A stretch of DNA of 64,000 bases from Camelus ferus. Its lineage: Eukaryota. The stretch lies in contig NC_045696.1 of the NCBI RefSeq assembly GCF_009834535.1, positions 66,714,001 through 66,778,000 of the forward strand. Direction: 5' to 3'. The notes below the pieces were generated by a model. That model did no database searches. It saw only the letters and a program-made list of their open reading frames with translations, and was not told where the DNA came from. The position numbers were made by a program, and so were the translations under genes. Shown one piece after another: positions 1-13,812 of this stretch (position 1 is its first letter; each line of letters begins with the position of its first letter).

Positions 1-819
1 TTGAAGAATATGCCAGAATACAAATTAGTAGGGAAGCAATTTATTGTCAACTAAAGAACAATGGCTTTGACTTCTCGTTTGGATATTACATCTTGTGGCG
101 TCTCTCAGAGCAAGGGCTGAATGAGACAAGGTGCAGAAATCACGTTTCAGTTATGATAAAAAGTGTCTGGACCGGGGGCTTGGGAGACTCAGAACTGAGA
201 CAAGTTCTGCAGTGAGATGTGAGGACATAGAAGAGTGATTTAATCTATCTGAATTTAATGAATCTGAGTTTTATTTCCTCAATACCAATTCAGAGCTAAT
301 AAATCTCTATCCTGACAACTTCCGACCATCACTGTGAAGTTCAACACTAACACTGTGTAAACTATAAAAGCCTGTGCAGGGCCATGACCTATAAGGCTGA
401 ATCTCATAAAGTTGCTAATATTTACCTGTTTTTTATCTATGAAACTGGTGATGTCAAACAAATATTCTGGAAGTGTGGAGGATTTTTAAGTCAAACTTAG
501 AAATATAACATTTATTATGTCTATCAATGAGCTAAAGAAAGATTTGTTTTCTGCTTTCTCTTACCTTGATAGCCCCTACATATTTCTTGTTTCTCTCTCA
601 GATACATGAATCTGAGGAAAGATTATCAATATTCTTGAAGAAAATGAGCTTAAAAAGACAAGACTTTATACTGAAACTATAAGGGTAGATACCAACTAAC
701 ACAATAATCTAAACTGATACAGATCTCAAAAATGGGAATAAATGCTTGCTTTGGTTTTATTATTATAACTTTCTTAACTAATGAAGCAGACCAGAATATT
801 ATAAACAGCTGTGGCTTCC

Positions 820-968
820 AATTCTAATTCTAGTTTTGGCTTTATTATGAACTGGCCATGAAATCACAAGTGTAGTTCATTGGGCCTCCATTTCCCCAGC
901 TGTGGTAGGAAGAGGTTGGAACAAAGGTCTTGAAGACCATGTTCTGTTCTAATATTCTCTGACCTATG
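820..968 (+). mobile_element. MIR3-like SINE remnant (approximate bounds)
   Basis: gggcctccatttccccagctgt...ggttggaacaaaggtcttgaag...ttctaatattctctgac resembles the MIR core and MIR3 tail. Confidence 0.5.
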
Positions 969-2916
969 TTATTAATGAGCCACAATCATCAAGTGATTAT
1001 AAAGGAGAAGGAAACACTAAAGGTTCCTTAGGATGTCACATATTTGTATTAAAATTAAAATAAATCCATCCTGTAGAAACTCAAAAATAATTCTCCAGAG
1101 GAAAGCAAGAGTTCGGCTAAGCAAAATTTTAACAGTTGGCCTCAGATCAGGATGAAAGCCAAGAAGAAGGATAAATTCTAGAAAAAAAATGAAAAAGAGA
1201 TAGTACTGGGCTAAGGTACACATGTCAAAAGATTGCTAAAAAGGAGCAAGTGGCTTCTGCAAAGCTGTCTTAAGAGCTAATGTCATTTGAAAATATGGCG
1301 GTAAGGTGTGTAGTGACAAGAATGGGTCCAATCTGTCCCCAACTAGATTCTGGCTCCCATGGACACAACTCTCTATGTTTATTCCAATGTGAGCAAATTA
1401 AGTAAAATCAAATTTCTTTATAAATGGTATAAAGCCTATTTACATCTATAACAATTTGATTCACAAAAACTCAGTGTAAAATGTAGCCTCCATAAAGCCT
1501 ATGATCATGAAGGTAATTGTGAAGGAATTTTTAAAAGAGGAAAACCATGCACCAGTAAAAAGCAAACAGAGAAAACACATAGTGGGGAACTAACAGAAGC
1601 AACTGAACTTAAAATACTGTATTGCAACTTTGTACAAAGTAGATTCCCTTCCCAATAATTTTTCCTCTTATACTATGAAGAAAAGCACAAAACTGATTCC
1701 TCACCAGCATAAAATTGGTACTAAGTCTTTGGGAAGGAAATCACAGGCTATCACAGACATTTTCCAAGCTGACGTATTCTTTTCAAATGATGGTCATGGA
1801 ATTGGGCTTCCTTTTTTTTTTTTTTTGTCTAGTCATTACGCTTTTTTTTTTGAGATTTGCATAATGATAAAAGAGCTGAAAAAAGCTCAGCTGAAGAATA
1901 CAGCAACTGGAGGATTCATATAGATGTATATCAATCATTGGAGACCCATGTATGTATAATGTAACAAAGCCATAATTAGATGAAATGTCTGTATTTTGCA
2001 GTCTGTTATATTCCCATGCACAAGTTATCACAGCTTAAGTTAGCTCTTACACACTGCGAGATAACCACTCAAAACCATGCAATGATACATATAAGTGGAC
2101 ACCACAGAGAACTATGTGGCTACTAATGCCTCTCCGTTTCTCTGTGACCACACATGCAAAAAAGTGAAAATACGTCTCTAAAATCTTTTGAGCATCTTAA
2201 AAACAATTTTAAGATCCATTTTCTTCTTCAATGAAATAGATTATTTTATGATATATGAATTATAAATAAAATAATTTCCCTTTAGAGCAATGCCAGCCGG
2301 TTAGGCTAGACAGGTTATAAGCACTGGATGCCGCATCATCTAGGAACACAGGACTATGTATCCTCAAGAGAAGCATGTAAACAAGCAAATACATATGACC
2401 CCAACCAGCAGATGTCTTGGCTTGTTAAGTCTGTAAAACTGTGACACAAAACTATTCCTTTTATTGTACAATCTAGAGAAGCTGTTTAAAATTGTCCTTT
2501 TAACTTCCATGATGCTGAAGATAAATTCCCAGAGCCTCCTTAAGATTCAAAAGGTGTTCTGGTTACAGATTCACCACCAAATTGTAAACAATGGGAAGGC
2601 AGGAACTGCAACTTTCTCATCTCTATTTTTGATGTTTTCGTGTAGCAGCCCTTCAGTAAAAGTTCGTTACATGAATGAAGTCAACTACTCCAGTCTTAGC
2701 TGATGATTTAACCATACTTTGTGTCTGGATGGGCATGCCTAACTTTCTCAGACAGAAGGGATCTGCTTTTGTTTTGTTAGATCCTGAAGTGCCACTTTAA
2801 AAGATTTCTCAAAACCTTTTAATACTTCTCTACTTTAAACAGACTAATTTCCAAATACTCCCATCAAAAAATATGAGCCTCAAGACACATGATGGAGACA
2901 CTTGTTTATCTAGAAC

Positions 2917-3221
2917 AAACTACAGTGAATGGACCAAATCTGACCCATACACTAGGAATGCTTTTTACATTTAGAAAAGGTGGGAAACAATTCAAAAGAA
3001 GAAGAATATTTCATGCCATGTGCAAATTATATGAAATTCAAATTTCAGTGTTCATAAAATAAAACTTTATTGTAACAGCCTCTCTCCTTTGTTTCCATAT
3101 TGTCTGTGGTTGCTTCTGTGTTTTGGCAGCAGAACTGGGTGGTTGCAAGAGACCATATGGACCAGAAAGCCTAAGACATTTACCACTGGTGCTTCTCAGA
3201 AGACACGGTTGCCAACCCCTG
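2917..3221 (+). mobile_element. MER58B-like hAT-Charlie non-autonomous DNA transposon
   Basis: Contains aattatatgaaattcaaatttcagtgt, tattgtctgtggttgc and gagaccatatgg...aaagcctaa, and ends in the TIR ttgccaacccctg. Confidence 0.8.
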
Positions 3222-4596
3222 TGCTAGAGGGGTCAGACCTTTCAAACCACATCACTTAATACTGACAGCACTTTTCCTGTTAACTGAAAAAAAGACGGAA
3301 AATCATGGAGCAACTAGTTTAGCATGATAACCTCCTGAGTAGTTCTTCTGAGGTCATTTTGGCCAAGCTGACCATTTCCAGAGTGAACTGGAATTGATCT
3401 GGGGGCATGTCTTAATAGCATGATGTGCATATCTTGGAGAAGGTACTTATCCCCTCTGGGTCTGTAAATGATGTTATAGGTCTGTTTCTTTGATTCCTGT
3501 TATATTAGTTTATAAGACCTAAATCAGTTTGCACAGTTTGCTCTAGAATATATTCATATACCTCTATCTGATATCCTAAAAAATATATAGGATTGACAAT
3601 GGGAATTCTGTTAACCTTGAATTCTAATTCTCCTTCAGAGTACTCTGTGTCCCCAAGGAACTTGTGTGATTAAACTTTCCACTCAGACTTACTATAAAAC
3701 CATATAATTATGATCTGCAAAACTTTCCTGCCAGAAGTAAATGGTGAGATTCACTCCAAGCCAAAGGATCTTAACTGCTCAAAGAGCCTAAAGTTCTTTA
3801 AAGAGAGAGCACACTTCTTTTCTATCCCTCTGCTGCCTACCTGACACCCTGTAGTCAGCAGGTGCTCAGAAGATGCCTTCTGACTATCAGAGATGCGGTC
3901 CAACCTCAACTGCATTTATTTTGATTTAAAAGAGAGTAGCAAACCTGCTCTATTACACTTTTTATAGCTATCACTCTATAGCGGCTAATAACGTGAGAAA
4001 AAAATCCATTATTTATTGTTCATTAACATTTCTATTGTAAAAGACAATCTTGGCCTTAGGCAAGATGGTTTTGGCTTCAATTCTTTTTGCCTAAAGAGTA
4101 AAGTCAAATGCTTGAATTACTCAAATGAGCCCAAAATGTATACATTTTATGTTTATCTGTAGAGACTGGGGCAATACTTCCAGTACAGACACAACAGCTT
4201 TTAAGAGAACAACTAAATATTCTTAACCATAGAAGGGTAAGTATAAGTGGAGCCCTGATTGCCCCACTTCTCTTCTTTTCATAAGAGCTATTCTATTCTG
4301 GTTAGTCATAAAACAATTAACACCATCAAAGATCTAAGAAAGAAGGTACAAATTAACATAAATAGGTTTATGTATATTCTAATATGGTTGCAAAATCTGG
4401 CTTTACTCATGTAAACATGCATTGCAAGACGAAGACCTAGAACAGGGATGTTAAAACATGGCAGCCTGATGCCACCTTGCCCTTCTGCACCAGATGTTTT
4501 CTCAGTAAGCATGCACCAGGACTCTGAATCCTTCTCAACACAGCACTCAAAGAAGTCACTTGGAGTAAAACTTATGTGCTATCCCTAGTCTATAAC

Positions 4597-4895
4597 AGTT
4601 TTCCCCAAAGTGTATTGTGTGCATCCCAGGAGAGGTACAAGAGAATCCATTGGGATGAGAGGAGGGTACATGTTTTTAAACAGACTCATTATTACTAGAG
4701 TAGAGTGTGCACTCAAAATTCCATTACTGGTAGAATTTGTATGAATCAAGGGGAGAGAAGAGAACCAATTCTGTTAGTGTGAGTCTTTTCTGTAATTCAC
4801 TTAAAATGGTTAGGATTCTATACACTATATTTCAGAATACAGGTAGAACATTGCAAAGGGAAGGTTATAAGAAACACAGAAGGTTGTTGAAACTG
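4597..4895. mobile_element. Degenerate hAT-Charlie-type non-autonomous element (subfamily uncertain)
   Basis: Imperfect terminal inverted repeats cagttttccccaa ... ttgttgaaactg; internal ggtacaagagaatccattggg. Confidence 0.4.
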
Positions 4896-5046
4896 GAAAA
4901 GGTGCCCCACACCAGCTCACCTGAAACTACCCAGTTCTGCCGTCTCACAAGCTCCTCTTCTCCATCACCCATCAATTACCCTGTTGCTGACCTGAATGAA
5001 CACTCCTCGTTCTCACATCTCCTAAAACGCCACATGGACACACTCA

Positions 5047-5184
<138 letters not shown>

Positions 5185-5240
5185 CTACATAAAAGAGCAG
5201 AAGGAAAGAGAAGGAAAAAAATGAAGAACCATCAGACGTA

Positions 5241-5860
5241 CAGTCAATCCTCATTATTCATGGATTGTGAGTGGATGAATTCACCTACTTGTTCACATTT
5301 ATGAGTATCATGAAAACCAATACTGGCCAGCCTTGCAGGCACTCACAGACGTGGACAGAGTCACAAAAAAAGCTGTCACCAAATGTGGGTATTCCCAGCA
5401 CGTTCCCGCTTTCCTGCGGGAAACAAGTGTCCTTCTTGTAGTCTACTTAATGCCATACTTGTCACCTTTTTTGTACTTTTTGTTGGTGAATTTGCTGTTT
5501 AACATGGTTCCCAAGGGTAGCCGAGGTGTTATCTAGTGTTCCTAAGTACAACAAGGCCGTGATGTGCCTTATGGAGAAAATACATGTTAGATAAGCTCAG
5601 TTCGGCCATGAGTCACTGGCTTGAGTTCAACATTAATGAATCCATGGTCTAGATAACACAGCCTACATTAAATAAGGTGTCATTAAACAGAAACACACAT
5701 GAAACAAGGTAATGTATTGATCAGTTGCTAAAAACATGACCAGAAGCTCACAGGAACCTAATCAGGTCTTTCCCCTAGGAGCAAAGGAGTCTGTATTTGC
5801 TAGCACAGGGTTCACTGTGACTTTAAAAAGCATAAGTACCACAAATCATGAGAATAACTG
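5241..5860 (+). mobile_element. MER82-like TcMar-Tigger non-autonomous DNA transposon, near full length
   Basis: ta|cagtcaatcctcattattc ... gagaataactg TIRs; diagnostic internal blocks tctagtgttcctaag, gtgatgtgccttatggagaaaata and aaacagaaacacacat. Confidence 0.85.
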
Positions 5861-6159
5861 TCTCTGGGAGGATACATGTCTTCAGCAGGGGTTAAATGTG
5901 CTTCCCTCTTTAAGATGGTCTCTTAAAAGCTTTAAAAAGTCCAAGCAAGACCAGCACTAGAGAGAGGCAAGTGGAGAAAGGTGGGCACTTGCCTGTGCCT
6001 CGAGAGTGGGGGCCTGTTTACACTGCACACTCTAGGTAGCACTGCACCTTCCTCAGCCCTGCCTCCTGCCCGGGTAGGAGAGGCAGAGTTTGTCAGAATC
6101 CAGAAATGGAAAAACTTCCTCCAGCTTTTGTTGGGTAAACTCCTTCTCATCCCAGCTCT

Positions 6160-6385
6160 GGGATCACATTCTCTGAGAAGCTTTTCCTGACCTCAGTCTT
6201 TCAGGCCAAGTCTTCCATCCTTCCTATATGCTCCTGCAGCATCACGCCCAGCTTTACTGAAGCATTTATTTTATTGCATTGGTCAAGTCTCCTCACTAGA
6301 AGGCACGCTCTCAGAAGGTAGGAATTGTAACCTACTGATCTCTAAATGCTCAGGGTCTAGCACTTCTGCTGCTCCACAAATACCA
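6160..6385 (+). mobile_element. L2 LINE 3' end remnant (approximate bounds)
   Basis: tcacattctctgagaagcttttcctgacc ... tctcctcactaga ... cagggtctagcac pattern. Confidence 0.5.
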
Positions 6386-6442
6386 ACCAAATTCAGGTTA
6401 AATTAAGAGGGTTTTTTTTTTTTTTTTTTTTTTTTTTGGTGT

Positions 6443-6540
6443 GGGGGACAGTATAGCTCAGTGGTAGAGCACATACTTAGCACGCATGAGGTCTTGGGTT
6501 CAATCCCCAGACCTCCATTAAAAAAAAGGTTAAAAAAAAG
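6443..6540 (+). mobile_element. Vic-1-type tRNA-derived SINE (camelid)
   Basis: Pol III A box tagctcagtgg (6454-6464), B box gttcaatcc (6498-6506), body cttagcacgcatgaggtcttggg and an A-rich tail. Confidence 0.85.
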
Positions 6541-7585
6541 GAAATAATCTTTTTTAAGATTTTTTTTTCTTTAGACACTTCAGATTGGCTAATTCTTCAT
6601 TACATATGAGGTATAACTGATTACAGGGTATCTCTTCCATTAGTACAAACTGAAATTTCATTAAAAAACAGCTTTTCCAGTGGTTCCTATCTCATCAGCT
6701 AAAAACACATTAGGTCTTTTGGAACATCTAGCACAGCAGGAAAATGTTTAGCTTAACGTCCACATGTCACTTTCCATATGTAGCCTGAGGAATAAGACAC
6801 TGAGAATCTTAGCTGACTCACTGACTGTTCTACCCGTAAGCAGTCTCATTCCCTGACCTGACTTTCAGGGCCCAGAGAAGGAAGGGCGGTGGGCATGGCA
6901 CACCCAAACCTGTTTTTCATTTCAATCCCAGTCCGATCTCCTGGCCTTGCTTACCCGTGTCTCCTGTCAGTGTAGATGGCACCAAGGGCTACATTGGTCA
7001 CCAAAACTTCACTGCCACTCTGGATGGCAAAGAACTAAGGTGGTAAGAATTCAATGGACTGCAACCATAGTCTAAAAAAGGGGTGCCTCAGTGAGCGTGA
7101 GAAGGCTTATATTCCCTGGAGGAACGACCAAGGCTTTTACACAATAATTGGGCCAAGTCTCTGGCCATTCACACATGACTGAGGATCCTAGCTGGCCTGG
7201 CTTGCTTTATAGCACTCCCTAAAATAAATCACAGGCCATTCTTTGTAACTGTTGTATTATCAGCTTTGTGAATGCCTTCTGACAGAATTTTAGTCCTAAA
7301 TTGACATGGCCATGTTGTCTAGGATAATCTTATCACTCTTAAATCATGAAGTACATATTAATTTAAAAACTTAGGGTAAGAAACATTCTATTAGGAGAGT
7401 AGCTTTGATTAGGTGAAGAGGAAGTAAAGAAGGCCACATTATTAACCTGTTCAGAATTGTAGAGGGAAGAAGTTCCTAATTTTTCAAAAAATGGATTCTC
7501 TCTGTTTTATGTCACTAGCTTCCATCACCCTTTTCTCACTGTCACAGATAATCAAAAAAATGACCCTAGAGTAAAAGTTGATTCA

Positions 7586-7738
<153 letters not shown>

Positions 7739-8736
7739 TCATCCTGGGAACATTTCTGAAGCAATAATGCACTTATGGAACACACAGTAGCACCAGCAAT
7801 ACCTGAGATCAGAATTTCTAGTTCTAGGCAGCCACTCAGTTGGTGATGACTGCTTTTACCTTAAGTGTAAACCTAGTAATAATGAGGTGGTGGGAGTGAG
7901 GCAGAACAAGTGAAAGAAAAATCTGGGTGGAGGGAGGCTGGGAAACGGCCTTTGGCTTAAGCAGTGCTGTGGGAATCCCTGTGTCTTCTGGTGTGTGTCT
8001 GGGAACAGCTATTAGGGAAAAGAAGATAAACTGCTGTTGTGTTTTATTTTTCAGATCCTTTATCTTCCCAGGAGATACATGTGTGTTGTAGAGGTTGTCT
8101 TGCCAATGCATTCAGCCTTGTGAGTTCCCTTCCCATGTCAGTACAGACATCGCATCACTTCTGACAAGCAGTCTCTCCTTCCGGGATCTCATTTTTTTTC
8201 CCTTTGGTAAAATGAGTGAATTAATCTCATAAATCCCTAAGGTTTCCAAAATTCAGAAACTATACCCAGGATCTGGGGTATAGAGATGATCCTTCTAGCA
8301 CAGTTCAGATAAGTGGTCTTACTGAAAATTACTGATTTATAGGTACCAGAATTGCTCAGGGAAGCATATGGAACTGGGCCACCAGACACACTCAAGAGGA
8401 AAATTATGGTAGGGATGTAACTGCTGATATTATATATATTATATTTTAATATAAATAGTATATATATGATGTTTTGAGAAAAAGAGACTAACTGGAAAAG
8501 CAAATCCCACTGAACAGCCAGAAGTTGATGGAGGCTGGCTGTTAGAACACTCTGTTGTTCTGCAAAATGCAATACTATTTTTATTTCTTCTGGATAGTAA
8601 TTAGGAGTAAGATGAAAACCTTTGATCGTGATATAATTCATAGTGTGACATACTTTAAAATTCTTGCTTTAGGGATATCAGGCTTATGCCAGCCGCCTTC
8701 CAGAATTAAATCTTACCTGCGAGTGGCTCACGTGGG

Positions 8737-8948
8737 TCAGTGGTTTTCAAGCTTTGTTACCAGAAGAACGAGGCCTCTCGGGGCGGGTGCCTCCTGGGCA
8801 AGGGGTGGGTGGAGCTTGAAACCACAGCCCACCCCGGACTCCTGCTCCTTCAACAAGAGCAGCTCTGCTCTCATCTATTTCACATTCCTTGAAATATTTC
8901 ATTTAAAAAAAGCTTTTACTGATAAAAAACCAAGTTTGAAACAACCGA
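8737..8948 (+). mobile_element. Charlie4-like hAT DNA transposon remnant in intron 8
   Basis: cagtggttttcaa ... agagcagctctgct ... aagtttgaaacaaccg termini. Confidence 0.6.
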
Positions 8949-9167
8949 TTTGGATCGTCAGCCTCATGGTAAATGGCATGACTGGGGACCTTGGAGGGTC
9001 TTAGATATCTAGTATCAGTGAGCACATACCTGCAGATTCCCCAGCCTGGGCTGCATGAAATGCGTTCCTAAATCTCACTCTTCCCCCAGACTCGTGAGGT
9101 AGGAAGATGGTAGTTTCAACCCTCATGCTCAATGGCAGAAGGATAAATGGAGACCAACAGGCTGAGA

Positions 9168-9312
9168 CACTGCTTCTCCAACTTGAGCTCGGCACCTGGA
9201 GGACTCTCACAACATAGATTCCAAGCCTGGGAACTAAGACTTTGCATTTCTACCCAATTTGCAGATGATGCTGGCCCTGCTGGTTTGGGAGTCATATTCT
9301 GAGGACGCTGGG
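9168..9312. mobile_element. MER5-like hAT-Charlie MITE remnant in intron 8
   Basis: cactgcttctccaactt ... tgcatttcta ... gatgatgctg ... ctgctggtttggga pattern. Confidence 0.55.
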
Positions 9313-9502
9313 CTAAGAAATCCTCACCATGATCATTTGCTTTGAAAAGCAGTGGCGCACACCTGGAGTCCATTTCAGCCATGGCTGCGCCCCCTGGCTC
9401 TGGTGGCCTCGGGTCAGGCTGCTTCTAAAGCCCTTAGGTCTTATTCTGCAGCTTCTCAAATATCACTCCCCGGCCCCCCACCCCATTTGGCCACTACAGC
9501 TA

Positions 9503-9679
<177 letters not shown>

Positions 9680-10327
9680 TTAAAAGGATTTGAAAAGGCC
9701 CCGGAGTTCTCCTGTTTCTATTCCTTCCTTCCGATGCTGCTGGCCATTGCCGGTACCCAGCACCACCAGAGCGGCTGTGCCGGCTTTGAGGATGGGCCCC
9801 GAAGCATTTGGCAGAACACAAAAGTGCTTACTTGCCATGAGCAATATTAGTAAATAGAACCCATTTGTTCTGCAAAGAACCTCCGAGCCATTAGCTGAAC
9901 AGCTGTATTTAGCTACATATTTTGAAGGAAACTTGAGTTAAGCCAGTGGGTGTCTCCAGATAAAATCCCCCCAGGCAGCTCAGATTTACTCAAAGAAACT
10001 GTTAAATGCCTCGGGGACCATATGAAAACAAACACTGTCTAATCAGAAGCTATTCCTGTCAAATGTCAGGAATTCAGGTATGAAGCGACTTGAACGCCTT
10101 CCCAATTCTTTTATTTTTTTTTTCTCTTCTACCTTTACCCACCCAGTTCTGTCTTCACTTTCTTAGATCTTTTATATAAGAGTTTGCAGCAAGGATTTAA
10201 AGCACACAGGGTAAAATCAAGGCTAGCTCTCTGCAGTACGTGCAAAGGTAATGATGAAGCAAACACAATTTCACTTTGCGCTCTGCCCAGAGTTTCTACA
10301 TAATGACAATTCTGCATAAGCCACTTA

Positions 10328-10495
<168 letters not shown>

Positions 10496-10834
10496 TTAGT
10501 CCTTCTGTCTTAGTTCTTCTGTTTAAACAACTACACCTCTGATGAAGGGATATGCTTTCTTCTAGGAAGGCAAGCTCTACAACCCAAGGTAGATTCTTCT
10601 CTGGGAAATGTCAAGCTAATGTTCGCAACAGTGGGCCCTCCATAAGGTGAGACAGGCTTTTTACAAATAACAATCTTGGACCCTATTCATCTGCAATATC
10701 TCCTGATTCAAACAGGGTTCATCACACAGATAAAAAGGAAAAGATAAAAAAAATTACCAACTATAGGAGCAATGCTCCAGGGACATTTTACCAAGGTTGA
10801 TAAAACATACAACATGTATGTGAATGTACACTTC

Positions 10835-11030
10835 TATAAAGAACACTCTGGAGCTTAAAAGGGCCTCAGAATTAAATTATCTAGTCCAAAAAAATTAATA
10901 ATTATGAGTGAGGCAATCTGAAGCCCAGAGATGGAGAAGTTACAAGCTAAAGGTGCAGAGAGCAAGCCAGCAAACTAACAGACTCTGGCCCACTCCTCCA
11001 GCGTTCTTTCCGCCACACCACTCTGCTTTT
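10835..11030 (-). mobile_element. MIR/MIR3 remnant in intron 6 (approximate bounds)
   Basis: atctagtcc ... gaggcaatctgaagcccagagatgg ... ccagcgttctttccgccacaccac. Confidence 0.55.
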
Positions 11031-11328
11031 CTAATCTGCCAACCTGATCATTCAAACTTCAGCTAAGAGATCCTTCTTAGGGTCTCCCATTTTCATGCCA
11101 GTGTGAACAAACTTGCATCTAGTATAGGGCACACTCACTACCAGCTGAACTGCCAGTTAAAAATCTCTGGATAATAATGCCATGTATTAACTGTAGATTC
11201 AATTATTATCTGCCTTTAAGATGGGAACATGAATGCAGAGCCATGTTACCAAGTATAAATTTAGTACAGATTTAGGAGTTTTAAAGGGGGATAGAAAAGT
11301 GGCCTATGGAGAGGAGGGAGACAAATAC

Positions 11329-11354
11329 AAAAAAAAAAAAAAAAAAAAAAAAAA
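11329..11354. repeat. Poly(A) mononucleotide run (U-tract on the TP63 pre-mRNA) about 110 nt downstream of the exon 6 donor
   Basis: Directly visible. Confidence 0.95.
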
Positions 11355-11453
11355 GAAGTTACCTGTTCAATGACAAGAACTAAGACCAAAATACATGCCT
11401 GAAACACCCTGCTATCAGCAAAACTAATCTCGCTCAGGTCTGCCCAGTCCTTA

Positions 11454-11696
<243 letters not shown>

Positions 11697-13491
11697 CTAG
11701 GAAAAAGGAATAGATCCTGTTGACGGATATCTCATACACAAAGGTATCACAACCTTTATAGCAACAGAAAGCACAGGAATGCTCATCTATATTTAAGGGA
11801 ACTGTCCTATGTTTCTGGTGCTCAAGGTCAACAATTCAAGTTGTAGAGAACTCTATGGCTACAACTCTGACCTGATCATACAAGAATTTTGCCATGTTCC
11901 CTGGAAAATGGAAGAAAAAGGAGCAAGTTAATTAAAAAAAATATATTATCTTGAGAGAAAAACACTGCCCCTGAAATTAACCATTAAAAATACTAAATCA
12001 GAAGCTACAGATGGCAAGGATATAACTTTCACTTTTCCTATTCTTTTCTTCATGATCAAGTCTCCATCCTTAAATCTTGCTTTGTTCATAAAGATTCAAA
12101 ACCTACTGCTTTTGTTGTGCTGAAGGAGCCCCAGGACAGAGGATAAGAGAAAGGAAACAGGTTTTAAAAAGAGCGGAGGCAAAGTTTCACAAAATGTGAT
12201 ACTCGTCAGAATTCTAAAAGAAAGATGCTTCTCCAAGGGTTAAAGCCATAAAGGTGTTTTTCACTTTTGACTGCATATTCTTGCTCTACACAAACTGATA
12301 TTCAATGAAAGTTAAAGGCTAAGTGTATCAAGAAGATCTCTGAAGCGCCATCTATTATGGCAAAAACTAAAAACAACTACGATGTCAAACAATAAGCAAA
12401 AACAATAAAAAAAAAAAAAGTGGGTATGTCACTTTGATGGGTCAAAGGCAGCTATGGAAACCTATAACGAAGCCTAGCTATGAGAAATAACCCTCAGAGC
12501 GTATTGCTAAGTGAAAAGCAAGATGCAAAGCTATGGATAATGAGGTCACGTCAACAAGGACTAGAGGTGGTAGGATTTTAACTTGATATTCTCTGTCTAA
12601 ATTTCTACAGTCTCTTTTGCCATTACTTTTTTCTCTACCATAATTTATATTCTCTGCATTCACACACTCTGGCTATTAATCTTTCTATTTTGCATATATT
12701 TTTTATAAGAAGTATTGTAACTCCCAACTCTTCTGCTCTCCCATCACTCTGATGAAACTTTATGTTTTCTCCTGTCTTTCCCTTCCACTTTTCTGTGTTC
12801 TTGACTTAGCTCCCTTCATAGAACCTTAGAGTAGCAGGTGTAAGGGGGCCTTTGGAAATAATAAGCTCTTCTGTAAAACCATTACTGGATCTGAGGCTCA
12901 CGACCTGGGGTATGATTTATCCATGGTCACAGAGCTTAACGGTGGCCCCAGTAAACCTGCTCTCTGACTCCCAGTCCTTCATTTTGCTGTCTACCTCGCC
13001 CCTCAGCTTATGCTCCAGATCTTCCATTTGCCCCCCTTATCTATTATTTGTCTTCAATTCTTTCTTATTTCCCACTTTCCTCTTCCATATTTTTAAAAAT
13101 ATTTCTCGGCTTTTATGTTCCTTTCTCTTATCCATTCAGCTCCCAATTGGTCTAGCCTTGAGAATCACCCTGGGAGAGGCCCTGAAGCTGAAGGACACCC
13201 TTGCCTGGGCTGAACAGACCAGATGCCACATTGTTCTCCTTATATCCTCCCATTAAAAAAATTATAATAAAAATAAAAAGAGGAAGCAAAACAAAGAGCC
13301 AAGTCCAGGTCGTATAGCAATTGCCAATATTAAAATAAACAGTTCAATCATTGTGAAAGTCACAAGCGTATTCATCATTTATTCATCATTATTCTCAGTC
13401 ACTCTTGTCAGCCAACAAGGTAGACTGAGCTGCCATCAGATTGCAGACGTTGGAACCAGGTAGGTGGACCCCAAATCTCACAGGAGCTCTA

Positions 13492-13812
<321 letters not shown>

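Noticed and set aside
2731..3412. Isolated perfect p53-family half-sites (2731-40, 3403-12; others near 15322, 25048, 62288)
   Set aside because: No properly spaced partner; single decamers are expected by chance in 64 kb.
6443..6516. tRNA-like sequences (also at about 34.4 kb and 63.1 kb)
   Set aside because: A-rich tails and three diverged dispersed copies indicate SINEs, not tRNA genes.
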